Shown here in pieces: positions 1-8,363 of a DNA stretch of 32,000 nucleotides. Position numbers and translations under genes: made by a program. Below the pieces are notes generated by a model. The model ran no database searches. It was not told the origin of the DNA and saw only the letters and a program-made list of their open reading frames with translations. Positions within the stretch are counted from its first letter, which is position 1. Each line of letters begins with the position of its first letter. Origin of the DNA: Hyphomicrobiales bacterium (GTDB lineage: Bacteria; Pseudomonadota; Alphaproteobacteria; Rhizobiales; Rhizobiaceae); contig QEVK01000004.1 in assembly GCA_003577315.1 (NCBI GenBank), forward strand, positions 21,446 to 53,445. Reading direction: 5' to 3'.

Positions 1-86
1 GGCGCGAGGTGCGGGCGGCGATCAGCAATGCGTTCGCCTTCGGCGGCACCAACGCCACCGTCGCGGTCAGGGCCTGGCGCCCCTGA
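1..86 (+). CDS. 3' end of a beta-ketoacyl-ACP synthase-family gene (partial; start lies outside the window)
   Basis: Frame 3 reads REVRAAISNAFAFGGTNATVAVRAWRP*, with stop TGA at 84-86. The SNxFxFGGTNA tail is the typical C-terminus of KAS I/II-type condensing enzymes. Confidence 0.55.
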   Translation, partial: REVRAAISNAFAFGGTNATVAVRAWRP

Positions 87-229
87 GGGCGGCGACGGCC
101 GCGCCGCTGCCTTCGCGCCGGTGCGGCGTTTCGCGCCGACCGGCTTGCGGCCGGCGGCAGGATCGCTATCTGTGGGTCGTGCCATCCCCTGCCGCCGCCC
201 GGCGGCATCTTCCCGACGAGAGGCTTTCC

Positions 230-934
230 ATGACCGATCTTTCGAGCTTTGCGGTGACGACGCGCTGGCCGGCCACGCAGCCGGGCAAGCTCCAGCTCTA
301 TTCCTTCCCGACGCCGAACGGCGTCAAGGTCTCGATCGCGCTGGAGGAGCTCGGCCTCCCCTACGAGGCGCACACGGTCGACATCGGCAAGAACGAGACC
401 TGGACCGAGCCGTTCCTGTCGTTGAACCCCAACGGCAAGATCCCGGCCATCGTCGACCCCAACGGGCCGGGCGGCAAGCCGCTGGCGCTGTTCGAGTCGG
501 GCGCGATCCTGCTCTACCTCGCCGAGAAGACCGGCCGCCTGCTGCCGGCCGACCCCGCCCTGCGCTACGAGACGATCCAGTTCGTGTTCTTCCAGATGGC
601 GGCGATCGGGCCGATGTTCGGCCAGCTCGGCTTCTTCCACAAATTCGCCGGCAGGGAGATCGAGGACAAGCGGCCGTTGCAGCGCTATGCCGGCGAATCC
701 AGGCGCCTGCTCGGCGTCCTCGAGGGCCGGCTCGCCGGCCGGCAGTGGATGATGGGCGACGACTACACCATCGCCGACATCGCCATCTTCCCGTGGGTGC
801 GCACGCTGGGCGACTTCTACGAGGCGGGCGAGCTGGTCGGCCTCGACGGCTTCCCCGCCGTCAACGCCTGGCTCGGGCGCTGCCTGGCGCGGCCGGCGAG
901 CCAGACCGGGCTCAACGTGCCGCCGCGCCCGTGA
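230..934 (+). CDS. Glutathione S-transferase, Nu-class (YfcG/YghU-like)
   Basis: The 179-934 ORF is trimmed to the ATG at 230 (MTDLSSF...). The thioredoxin-like N-domain shows FPTPNGVKVSIALEELGLPYE, NPNGKIPAIVD and ESGAILLYLAEK. The upstream 17 codons are Arg/Pro-rich and look non-coding. Confidence 0.85.
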   Translation: MTDLSSFAVTTRWPATQPGKLQLYSFPTPNGVKVSIALEELGLPYEAHTVDIGKNETWTEPFLSLNPNGKIPAIVDPNGPGGKPLALFESGAILLYLAEKTGRLLPADPALRYETIQFVFFQMAAIGPMFGQLGFFHKFAGREIEDKRPLQRYAGESRRLLGVLEGRLAGRQWMMGDDYTIADIAIFPWVRTLGDFYEAGELVGLDGFPAVNAWLGRCLARPASQTGLNVPPRP

Positions 935-1757
935 CCGCCTCCATGACCGCCTTGCGCCGCGACCATGCGAAGGCGCACAGGAAGGAAATCGTCATCAGCA
1001 CCACGATGGTCGGCGCCGGCGCGCTGTCGATGAAGAACGACAGGTAGACGCCGAGGAACGAGCAGGTGGCGGCGACCGCGACCGCCGCCGCCAGCATCGC
1101 CTCGAAGCGCCGGGTCACCAGGAAGGCCGTGGCGCCCGGCGCGATCAGCATGGCGACGGCGAGGATGATGCCGGCCGCCTTGAGCGCCCCGACGATGGCG
1201 AGCGACAGCACCGCGAGCAGCCCGTAGTGATAGAGGCGCACCGGCAGGCCGATGGCGCGGGCATGGGTGGCGTCGAAGGCGCAGACCAGCAGGTCGCGGC
1301 GCATGAGCCCGACGAAGGCGACCACGATCCCCGCGATCAGCGCCGTCTCGGCGACGTCGGCCCAGGTCAGGCCGAGGATGTCGCCGAACAGGATGTGGTC
1401 GAGGTGCAGCTCGGTCTCGATGAACGAGAACAGCACGATGCCGAGCCCGAACATGCCGGAGAAGACCACGCCCATCACCGTGTCCTGCTTCACGCGGCTG
1501 TGCTCCTTGAGGTAGCCGGTCAGGAGCGCGCAGCCCATGCCGGCGGCGAAGGCGCCGGCCGCCAGCGGCAGGCCGGCGGCATAGGCCAGCACCACGCCCG
1601 GCAGCACGGCGTGGCTGATGGCGTCGCCCATCAGCGACCAGCCCTTGAGGATCAGGAAGGACGAGATCAGCCCCATCGGCAGCGCCACCAGCAGCGCGGC
1701 CGCGAAGGCCTGCTGCATGAACGGAAACTGGAAGGGGGCGAGCAGCGCCTCGATCAT
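912..1757 (-). CDS. sitD: Mn2+/Fe2+ ABC transporter permease (SitD/MntD type)
   Basis: This is the C-terminal 281 aa of the 912-2699 ORF, starting [18 protein letters not shown]. It is a polytopic ABC-3 family permease. Its start ATG (1755-1757) overlaps the sitC stop as ATGA. Confidence 0.88.
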   Translation of the reverse strand: MIEALLAPFQFPFMQQAFAAALLVALPMGLISSFLILKGWSLMGDAISHAVLPGVVLAYAAGLPLAAGAFAAGMGCALLTGYLKEHSRVKQDTVMGVVFSGMFGLGIVLFSFIETELHLDHILFGDILGLTWADVAETALIAGIVVAFVGLMRRDLLVCAFDATHARAIGLPVRLYHYGLLAVLSLAIVGALKAAGIILAVAMLIAPGATAFLVTRRFEAMLAAAVAVAATCSFLGVYLSFFIDSAPAPTIVVLMTISFLCAFAWSRRKAVMEAVTGAAAR

Positions 1758-2611
1758 CGCGCGCCCTCCAGCGCGGCGCGGGCGCGCCGGCGCGCGGCGA
1801 TGAGCCCGTGCTTCGGCGCGAGCAGGAAGGCGGCGAGGAAGATCAGCGTCTGCAGGACGACGATGATGCCGCCGGTGGCGCCGTCGATGTAGTAGCTCGC
1901 CCAGGCGCCCACGAAGCTGGTCGCCGTGCCGATGGCAACGCTGATGACGATCAGCCGGCCGAAGCGGTCGGTCAGCAGATAGGCGGTGGCGCCGGGGGTG
2001 ACGACCATGGCGATGACCAGGAAGGCGCCGACGGTCTGGAGCGCGGCGACCGTGGAGGCCGACAGGAGCGTGAAGAAGACGACGCGCAGAAGGCCGGGTC
2101 TGAGGCCGATCGAGCGGGCATGGGCCTCGTCGAAGAAGGTGGCCATGAAGTCCTTCCATTTCAGCGTCAGCACCGCCAGCGACACGCCGGCGATGACGAC
2201 GAGCTGGAGCGTGTCGGCCGGGGTGACGGCGAGGATGTTGCCGAGCACGATGGTCTGGATGTTGACCGAGGCCGGCGACAGCGAGACCATGAACAGGCCG
2301 AGGCCGAAGAACGAGGTGAAGATCAGGCCGATGACGGCGTCCTCCTTCAGCCGCGTCTGGCGGGTGAGGAACAGCATGGCGCCGGCGGCGAGCCCGCCCG
2401 AGAAGAAGGCGCCGAAGGCGAAGGGCAGGCCCAGCATGTAGGCCCCGGCCACGCCCGGCACGATGGCGTGCGACAGCGCGTCGCCGATCAGCGACCAGCC
2501 CTTGAGCATCAGATAGGCCGACAGGAAGGCGCAGACCGCGCCCACCAGCGCCGACACCCACATGGCGTTGACCATGTAGCCGTAGGAGAAGGGCTCGAGG
2601 AGGACGCTCAT
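1754..2611 (-). CDS. sitC: Mn2+/Fe2+ ABC transporter permease (SitC/MntC type)
   Basis: The 285-aa ORF begins [18 protein letters not shown] and continues [18 protein letters not shown], an ABC-3 permease paralogous to the downstream gene. It has ATGA overlaps at both ends. Confidence 0.9.
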   Translation of the reverse strand: MSVLLEPFSYGYMVNAMWVSALVGAVCAFLSAYLMLKGWSLIGDALSHAIVPGVAGAYMLGLPFAFGAFFSGGLAAGAMLFLTRQTRLKEDAVIGLIFTSFFGLGLFMVSLSPASVNIQTIVLGNILAVTPADTLQLVVIAGVSLAVLTLKWKDFMATFFDEAHARSIGLRPGLLRVVFFTLLSASTVAALQTVGAFLVIAMVVTPGATAYLLTDRFGRLIVISVAIGTATSFVGAWASYYIDGATGGIIVVLQTLIFLAAFLLAPKHGLIAARRRARAALEGAR

Positions 2612-3561
2612 CGCTCCGCCCTCTCCTGCCGGGCGGTCTCCCGCTCGCCGTCGGCCGCCGGCGCGGCCGGGCCGGCGGTGGATCGCGCCTGGTCGCCATA
2701 GAGCACGAAAGGCCGCTCGTCGTCGGAAAGCACGGTGATGGCGCGGCCGTCCTCGTCCTCGTGCAGGTCGGGGCCGGCGAGCACGAAATGGCGCAGCGCC
2801 CCGCCGAAGGCCCGCTCCAGATTGGCGCGGGTGAACACCTCGTGGGTGGGACCGTGGGCGAGCACGGTGCGGTCGAGCAGGATCGCCCGGTCGCAGAACT
2901 CCGGCACGGAGCCGAGATTGTGGGTGGAGACCAGCATCACCCGGCCCTCGTCGCGCAGCGTCTTCAAAAGCGCGATGATCGCCTCCTCGGTCGTCACGTC
3001 GACGCCGGTGAACGGCTCATCGAGCAGGATGACCTCGCCCTCCTGCGCCAGCGCGCGGGCGAGGAAGACGCGCTTCTTCTGCCCGCCGGAAAGCTCGCCG
3101 ATCTGGCGCTTTCGGTAGGCTTCCATGCCGACGCGCTCCAGCGCCTCGCCGACGCTCGCGCGGTCGCGGGCGGAGGGGATGCGCAGGAAGTTCATGTGGC
3201 CGTAGCGGCCCATCATCACCACGTCCTCGACCAGGATCGGGAAGCTCCAGTCCACCTCCTCGGCCTGCGGCACATAGGCGACGGCGTTGCGCTTCAGCGC
3301 GCGGCCGGCCGGCTCGCCGACGATCGAGACCGAGCCCGCGCTGAGCGGCACGAAGCCCATGATCGCCTTGAACAGCGTCGACTTGCCGGAGCCGTTGACG
3401 CCGACGAGCGCGGCGATGGTGCCGCGCGGTATCGAGAAGCTGGCGCCGGTCAGCGCGACGTGGCCGTTGGCGTAGGCGACGGCCACGTCGCGCACGTCGA
3501 GGCCGGCGCTTGCGGCGCCGGCCGCCGGGGGATGATGCTGCGTCCCCGTCGCGCCGGTCAT
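2608..3561 (-). CDS. sitB: Mn2+/Fe2+ ABC transporter ATPase (SitB/MntB type)
   Basis: The 2608-4209 ORF is trimmed to MTGATGT (ATG complement at 3559-3561). It carries Walker [10 protein letters not shown], signature LSGGQKKR and Walker [12 protein letters not shown]. Its start overlaps the sitA stop as ATGA. Confidence 0.9.
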   Translation of the reverse strand: MTGATGTQHHPPAAGAASAGLDVRDVAVAYANGHVALTGASFSIPRGTIAALVGVNGSGKSTLFKAIMGFVPLSAGSVSIVGEPAGRALKRNAVAYVPQAEEVDWSFPILVEDVVMMGRYGHMNFLRIPSARDRASVGEALERVGMEAYRKRQIGELSGGQKKRVFLARALAQEGEVILLDEPFTGVDVTTEEAIIALLKTLRDEGRVMLVSTHNLGSVPEFCDRAILLDRTVLAHGPTHEVFTRANLERAFGGALRHFVLAGPDLHEDEDGRAITVLSDDERPFVLYGDQARSTAGPAAPAADGERETARQERAER

Positions 3562-4445
3562 TGCGACAGTCCCTCGGCGATGGTCTCGGCCGTCACCCTG
3601 ATGAGGTCGAGATAGGTCGGCACCGGGCCGTCGGGGCCGGACAGCGAATCGACGTAGAGCACGCCGCCGTAACGCGCGCCGGTCTCGCGCGCCACCTGCA
3701 TGGCCGGGTCGGGCGAAACCGTGCTTTCGCTGAAGATGGCGGGGATGGAATGCTCGCGCATGGCGTCGATGACCTTGCGAATCTGCTGCGGCGTGCCCTG
3801 GCTGTCGGCGTTGATCGGCCACAGGTAAAGTTCGTTGAGACCGAAGTCGCGCGCAAGATAGGAAAACGCGCCCTCGCTGGTGACGAGCCAGCGCCTTTCC
3901 TGCGGGATGGCGGACAGCCTCTCGCGGATCGGCCCGGCCACGGCCTCGATCTCGGCGGCATAGGCCTCGGCGTTGGCGGCGTAGGTCGCCGCGTTGTCCG
4001 GGTCGTGCTCGGAAAGGGCGGCGCGGATGTTGTCGACATAGACCAGCACGTCGGAGGGCGACATCCAGGCATGCGGGTTGGGCTTGCCGGTATAGGGGCC
4101 CTCGCGGATGCCCATCGGCTCGACGCCCTCGCTGACGACCACGCCGGAGACGCCCTCGAGGTTGCGGAAGAAGCGCTCGAACCACTGCTCGAGGTTCAGC
4201 CCGTTCCACAGGATCAGGTCGGCGTCCTGCGCCTTGAGCATGTCGCCGGGCGTCGGCTGGTAGTTGTGGATCTCGGCGTCGGGCCTGGTGATCGATTCCA
4301 CCTCGGCCGCCTCGCCGGCGACGTTGCGGGCGATGTCGGCGATGACGGTGAAGGTGGTGACGACCTTGAGCTTCTGCGCCTGCGCGGCGGCGGGAAGGGC
4401 GGCGAGACAGAAGACGACGGCGGCTAGGACGGCTCTGGCGGGCAT
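3558..4445 (-). CDS. sitA: Periplasmic Mn2+/Fe2+ binding protein, cluster A-I SBP (SitA/MntA type)
   Basis: The 295-aa ORF has signal peptide [23 protein letters not shown], followed by [25 protein letters not shown] and NPHAWMSP, which are hallmarks of the ZnuA/PsaA/SitA fold. Confidence 0.9.
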   Translation of the reverse strand: MPARAVLAAVVFCLAALPAAAQAQKLKVVTTFTVIADIARNVAGEAAEVESITRPDAEIHNYQPTPGDMLKAQDADLILWNGLNLEQWFERFFRNLEGVSGVVVSEGVEPMGIREGPYTGKPNPHAWMSPSDVLVYVDNIRAALSEHDPDNAATYAANAEAYAAEIEAVAGPIRERLSAIPQERRWLVTSEGAFSYLARDFGLNELYLWPINADSQGTPQQIRKVIDAMREHSIPAIFSESTVSPDPAMQVARETGARYGGVLYVDSLSGPDGPVPTYLDLIRVTAETIAEGLSQ

Positions 4446-4518
4446 GAAGGCGGGCTCGATCTCGAAGGGTTGGGAGGCGATGTCATCCCTACATAGGCCG
4501 TGTCCGGCCCTTCGTCAA

Positions 4519-4540
4519 TGCAATTGCAAATCGTTTGCAA
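4519..4540. promoter_or_regulatory. Candidate Mur/Fur operator in the sitA promoter
   Basis: The sequence is TGCAATTGCAAATCGTTTGCAA. It contains a perfect 7-3-7 inverted repeat TTGCAAA-TCG-TTTGCAA (4524-4540) overlapping a second palindrome TGCAATTGCA (4519-4528). It lies about 80-95 bp upstream of the sitA start, in the 362-bp sitA/mur divergent region. Confidence 0.55.
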
Positions 4541-4807
4541 AAAACACGTTCAAGGAACGCCCGGGAGAGGGTTTTCGCAGGCGTCGGCGGCGGGCGGACG
4601 ATGGCGGCGAATGGCGGCAGCGGACCGGAACGGGGTTGAAGATGGCGCGCGGGCGGAAGGGCCCGGCGGCGCGATATGCGACGCAACAGGCGGCGCAGCA
4701 GGCGGCGTTGCGCGGCGCTCCGGCGCGCCGCGGCGCGGGCGAAGGGTCGCGGCGCGGCGGCGGCATCTTGCTTTGCATCGCGCCGGCGCCTGACGCATAG
4801 TCCGGCC

Positions 4808-5239
4808 ATGGACCACGCGGCGAATCCCCATCCCGACTACGAGACGGCCCTGCGCGAGGCCGGCGTGCGCATCACGCGGCCGCGCCGCATCATCCTCGGC
4901 ATCCTGTCGCAGGCCGGCGACCACCCGGACGCCATGGAGATATTCCGCCGCGCCGTCGCCGTCGACCCCGGCATCTCGCTGTCGACGGTCTACCGCACCA
5001 TGAAGCTGCTCGAAGGCATCGGCGCCATCCACCGCCACGCCTTCGAGGGCGGGCCGTCGCGCTTCGAGCCGGCGGCGGGCGACCATCACGACCATCTGAT
5101 CGACATCGAGACCGGCGACGTCATCGAGTTCCAGTCCGACCGCATCGAACGGCTCCAGGACGAGATCGCCCGCGCGCTCGGCTACGAGATCGTCCACCAC
5201 CGGCTCGAGCTCTACGGCCGCAAGCGGCGCAAGCAATAG
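4808..5239 (+). CDS. mur: Fur-family metalloregulator, most like the rhizobial manganese uptake regulator Mur
   Basis: The 4676-5239 ORF is trimmed to the ATG at 4808 ([12 protein letters not shown]...). It shows the winged helix [13 protein letters not shown]...[14 protein letters not shown] and the metal site [16 protein letters not shown]...HHRLELYG. It lacks CxxC pairs, as in alphaproteobacterial Mur. It sits divergent to sitABCD. Confidence 0.75.
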   Translation: MDHAANPHPDYETALREAGVRITRPRRIILGILSQAGDHPDAMEIFRRAVAVDPGISLSTVYRTMKLLEGIGAIHRHAFEGGPSRFEPAAGDHHDHLIDIETGDVIEFQSDRIERLQDEIARALGYEIVHHRLELYGRKRRKQ

Positions 5240-5391
5240 GCGGCGCCCGCCGATGGTCTTCGCGCCCGCAAGACAAGTCGTTGTGCACTGCATCAGGTAT
5301 GGCTGCCATGCGAAGGCGCCGCTTGTCTTGGCCGGGCCGGCTGTTCATCATCGCCTCTTCTTGACACCTGCCACCTGAAGCGGAAGCGTTC

Positions 5392-6825
5392 ATGACCAAA
5401 GCGGAAATCGGGTTGATCGGCCTCGGCGTCATGGGTTCGGGCCTTGCCCTCAACATCGCCGAGAAGGGCTACCCGGTCGCCGTCTACAACCGCACATCGG
5501 CGCGCACCGGCGCCTTCTTCGGCAGCGCGGGCGAGTTGCGCGGCAACATCGTGCCCTGCGCCTCGCTCAGGGAGCTGGTCGCCCAGATCAGGCCGCCGCG
5601 GCCGGTCCTGCTGATGGTGCAGGCCGGCAAGGCCGTCGACGAGCAGATCAGGGGCCTGCGCGAGTTCCTCGCCGAGGGCGACATGATCGTCGACGGCGGC
5701 AACGCCAATTTCCGCGACACCATGCGCCGCTTCGACGAGCTGGAGGGCTCGGGCATCACCTTCATCGGCATGGGCGTGTCGGGCGGCGCGGTGGGCGCGC
5801 GCCACGGCCCCTCGATCATGGTCGGCGGCAGCCGCGAAGCCTGGCGCCGCGTCGAGCCGATCCTGACCGCCATCGCCGCCCGCTATCGCGGCGAGCCGTG
5901 CAGCGCCTGGCTGGGCGAGGGCGGGGCCGGCCACTTCGTCAAGACCATCCACAACGGCATCGAATATGCCGACATGCAGATGATCGCCGAGATCTACGGC
6001 ATCCTGCGCGACGGCTTTACCATGCCGGCCGCGGCGATCGGCGCGCTGTTCGCGAAATGGAACGGCGGCCCGCTCGACTCCTACCTGGTCGAGATCACGG
6101 CCGAGGTGCTCGCCACCGCCGATCCGAAGAGCGGCAAGCCGCTGGTCGACATGATCCTCGACCGCGCCGGCCAGAAGGGCACCGGCCGCTGGGCGGCGAT
6201 CGAGGCGCAGATGATGGGCGTGCCGGCCACCGCCATCGAGGCGGCGGTGGCCGCGCGCAGCCTCTCGGCCGAGAAGGGGCTGCGCGGCCGCGCGGCCGCC
6301 GCCTATGGCGGCAGGGCGGCGCCGGCCGCCGGCCCGCCGGACGACGCCTTCATCGACGATCTGGAGATGGCGCTGTTCGCCGGCAAGATCGCCGCCTACG
6401 CCCAGGGCTTCACGGTGATGGAGGAGGCGTCCTGCGAGTTCCGCTGGGACCTGCCCATGGCGACCATCGCCCGCATCTGGCGCGCCGGCTGCATCATCCG
6501 CTCGCAGTTCCTCGACGCGCTGGCGCGGGCCCGCGACACCGACCCCGACGCCGAGCACCTGCTGCTCACCCGCGACTTCGCGGCGATGATGGGCAAGGCG
6601 CATCCGTCGCTGCGCCGCGTCGTGGCGCATGCCGCGCTTGCCGGCCTGCCGGTGCCGGCGCTGTCGGCCGCGCTCGGCTATTTCGACGCCTTCCGCCAGG
6701 CGCGCGGCACCGCCAACCTGATCCAGGCCCAGCGCGACTTCTTCGGCGCCCACGGCTTCGAGCGCGTCGACGGCGAGGGGCTGCATCACGGCCCCTGGAC
6801 GCCGCAGGAGCAGGCGCAGGGATAG
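5392..6825 (+). CDS. gnd: 6-phosphogluconate dehydrogenase, decarboxylating
   Basis: The 477-aa ORF has the N-terminal Rossmann motif IGLIGLGVMGSGLALNIAEKGYPVAVYNRT, then GNANFRDT, GMGVSGG and HFVKTIHNGIEYADMQ. Confidence 0.93.
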   Translation: MTKAEIGLIGLGVMGSGLALNIAEKGYPVAVYNRTSARTGAFFGSAGELRGNIVPCASLRELVAQIRPPRPVLLMVQAGKAVDEQIRGLREFLAEGDMIVDGGNANFRDTMRRFDELEGSGITFIGMGVSGGAVGARHGPSIMVGGSREAWRRVEPILTAIAARYRGEPCSAWLGEGGAGHFVKTIHNGIEYADMQMIAEIYGILRDGFTMPAAAIGALFAKWNGGPLDSYLVEITAEVLATADPKSGKPLVDMILDRAGQKGTGRWAAIEAQMMGVPATAIEAAVAARSLSAEKGLRGRAAAAYGGRAAPAAGPPDDAFIDDLEMALFAGKIAAYAQGFTVMEEASCEFRWDLPMATIARIWRAGCIIRSQFLDALARARDTDPDAEHLLLTRDFAAMMGKAHPSLRRVVAHAALAGLPVPALSAALGYFDAFRQARGTANLIQAQRDFFGAHGFERVDGEGLHHGPWTPQEQAQG

Positions 6826-6838
6826 GGCATCGGACCTG

Positions 6839-6935
6839 GAGCAACGTGCATCCTGACGGATGCGCAATGTTGCTCTATCCTTTTGTTTGCGCATCGGATC
6901 TATCCGAAAAGTGCATACGCTTTTCGGTCCGATGC
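6839..6935. repeat. Intergenic hairpin-mosaic element between the convergent gnd and protease genes
   Basis: Hairpin 1 pairs GAGCAAC (6839-6845) with GTTGCTC (6869-6875), and has a nested GCATC/GATGC stem. Hairpin 2 pairs GCATCGGA (6891-6898) and CCGAAAAG (6904-6911) with CTTTTCGG (6920-6927) and TCCGATGC (6928-6935). A GCATC(C/G)GAC core occurs four times between 6827 and 6957. Confidence 0.5.
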
Positions 6936-7042
6936 TCTAAAATGCCGCATCCGACGGGACGCACGTCGCTGCCGTAGCCGCGTCCGGGGACGAAGGCTCG
7001 CACCCGGCGCGCCGTCGCGCCCGGGCGAAGCGGCCGCGCGGA

Positions 7043-8068
7043 TCAGTTGCCGGTCTTCCCGGCGATCCAGTCGCGATAGTTGGCCAGCCGCGTATAGACG
7101 CCGTAGGCGTTGGCGTGGCCGCAGGCGGCGTCGGCGTCCATCGGGCCCTCGCCCCAGCTCACGATGCCGACCTGCACCGGCCCGCCGTCCCTGACGGCGA
7201 AGAGCGGGCCGCCGCTGTCGCCGTTGCAGGCGTCGCGCGCGCCGTCCGCCAGGCCGGCGCAGATCATGTTGCCGGTCAGCGGGTCGCGCATCGTCGCCGC
7301 GATCGCCGTGGTGGCGTTGCTGACGGCCTCGTCCGAATAGCGCATGCGCCCGGCATAGGCCTGAAGGATATGGCCGAGGTCGCGGGCGTAGATCTCCTTG
7401 ATGCCGGCGTTGCAGGCGTCGTTGGCGGTCAGCTCGATCTCGGCCTCCATCAGGTTGGTCGGGAAGTAGCCGTTCTCCATCAGGCCCCAGCCGATGACGG
7501 TGACCGCGCCGTCCTCGATGTCGCCGTCGGTCATGGCGATCGCCGGCGCGTCGGCCTCCTCGGCCAGCCGCAGCAGGCCGATGTCGTTGTCGAGCGTCGA
7601 TTCGCTGTAGCCGGGATGGACGATCACCTCGGCGACGGCGTGGCGCCTGCCCTCGTCGAGCGCGGTGGCGCCGACCAGCGCGGTCACGACCTCCGGCGGG
7701 ATCGCCTCGCCATATTCGACCAGGCAGTGCGCGGCCGTCAGCACCCAGCCGGGCGCGATCAGGCTGCCGCCGCAGAACTGGGCGTCGAACTGCGACTGCG
7801 GGCTGTCGTCGAGCGCGTTCGAGGAAAGCAGCGCCACCTGGAACGGATAGGCGCCCTTGGTCGCCTCGCGGCCGTTGAAGATGCGGTCGTCGCCGGGGCC
7901 GGCCTTGGCGCGCGCGGCCGGCACGCGCGACATCGGCGAGGTTTCCGCCCGTGGCGTCGCGCCGGCCGGCGCGGGGTCGCCCTTGAGCGGCTGGGCGCCG
8001 GCGAAGGCCGACACGCCGGTGAAAAGCGCGCAGGCGGCGATGGTGCTGACTGTTGCGAGTGCCTTCAA
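7043..8068 (-). CDS. Secreted trypsin-like serine protease (peptidase S1A)
   Basis: The 341-aa ORF has signal peptide MKALATVSTIAACALFTGVSAFAGA. The triad motifs are LTAAHCL, DNDIGLLRL and DACNGDSGGPLF, and the Asp six residues before the Ser suggests Arg/Lys specificity. The start codon is TTG (complement of 8066-8068), with AGGAGG 5 nt upstream. Confidence 0.88.
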   Translation of the reverse strand: MKALATVSTIAACALFTGVSAFAGAQPLKGDPAPAGATPRAETSPMSRVPAARAKAGPGDDRIFNGREATKGAYPFQVALLSSNALDDSPQSQFDAQFCGGSLIAPGWVLTAAHCLVEYGEAIPPEVVTALVGATALDEGRRHAVAEVIVHPGYSESTLDNDIGLLRLAEEADAPAIAMTDGDIEDGAVTVIGWGLMENGYFPTNLMEAEIELTANDACNAGIKEIYARDLGHILQAYAGRMRYSDEAVSNATTAIAATMRDPLTGNMICAGLADGARDACNGDSGGPLFAVRDGGPVQVGIVSWGEGPMDADAACGHANAYGVYTRLANYRDWIAGKTGN

Positions 8069-8125
8069 AATGTCCTCCTGAGACGGGTCGATCCGGGCCG
8101 CGATGCGGCCGCAAGCAGGCCATGT

Positions 8126-8172
8126 GTCATGTCCGGCGTCATGCCTACGTCATCCAAGCCCTGAAGATGACG
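8126..8172. promoter_or_regulatory. GTCAT repeat array in the divergent protease promoter region
   Basis: GTCATG occurs at 8126 and 8138 and GTCATC at 8149, giving 12- and 11-bp spacing. The inverted copy GATGAC lies at 8166-8171. CGTCATC-N11-GATGACG therefore forms a 7-bp inverted repeat (8148-8172). Confidence 0.3.
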
Positions 8173-8317
8173 GTACGGAAGCGATTTGTCCGGCGCAATG
8201 TTGGAATATTTGCGGCGATGTGCGAGGCTTCGCCGCGCTCGCCGGAGGGGAGAGCGGCAATGCGCGGCTGGCGGGGCGGAGGACGGGGATTTCCGGCCAT
8301 CATGATCTCGACATCTT

Positions 8318-8347
8318 TTGCGTCTTGTTTCCGGTGCTTGCTTAACT
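8318..8347 (+). promoter_or_regulatory. Candidate sigma70-type promoter for the 8364 protease gene
   Basis: TTGCGT (8318-8323), an 18-bp spacer and TTAACT (8342-8347), followed by RBS GGGAGAG and the ATG at 8364. This is pattern match only. Confidence 0.25.
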
Positions 8348-8363
8348 TTGGGAGAGTCCCGCA

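Noticed and set aside
28-1047. A 339-aa plus-strand ORF overlapping the GST gene
   Set aside because: It lies in a different frame from the motif-bearing GST ORF, and its translation is Arg/Pro/Ala-rich nonsense.
912-4209. N-terminal extensions of the sitD (912-2699) and sitB (2608-4209) ORFs
   Set aside because: The extensions run through the upstream sitC and sitA genes in another frame. The internal ATGs at 1757 and 3561 give normal-length proteins and create the ATGA coupling seen throughout the operon.
5293-6894. A 533-aa ORF on the minus strand covering the whole gnd locus
   Set aside because: It is antisense to a gene with unmistakable 6PGDH motifs. Its translation is Arg/Ala/Gly/Asp-rich and low-complexity, with no recognisable domain. 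This is a typical shadow ORF of high-GC DNA.
6900-8123. A 407-aa minus-strand ORF and the 7115-8164 plus-strand ORF at the trypsin-like protease locus
   Set aside because: These are alternative frames of the same DNA. Only the 7043-8068 frame gives a signal peptide and the His/Asp/Ser triad.
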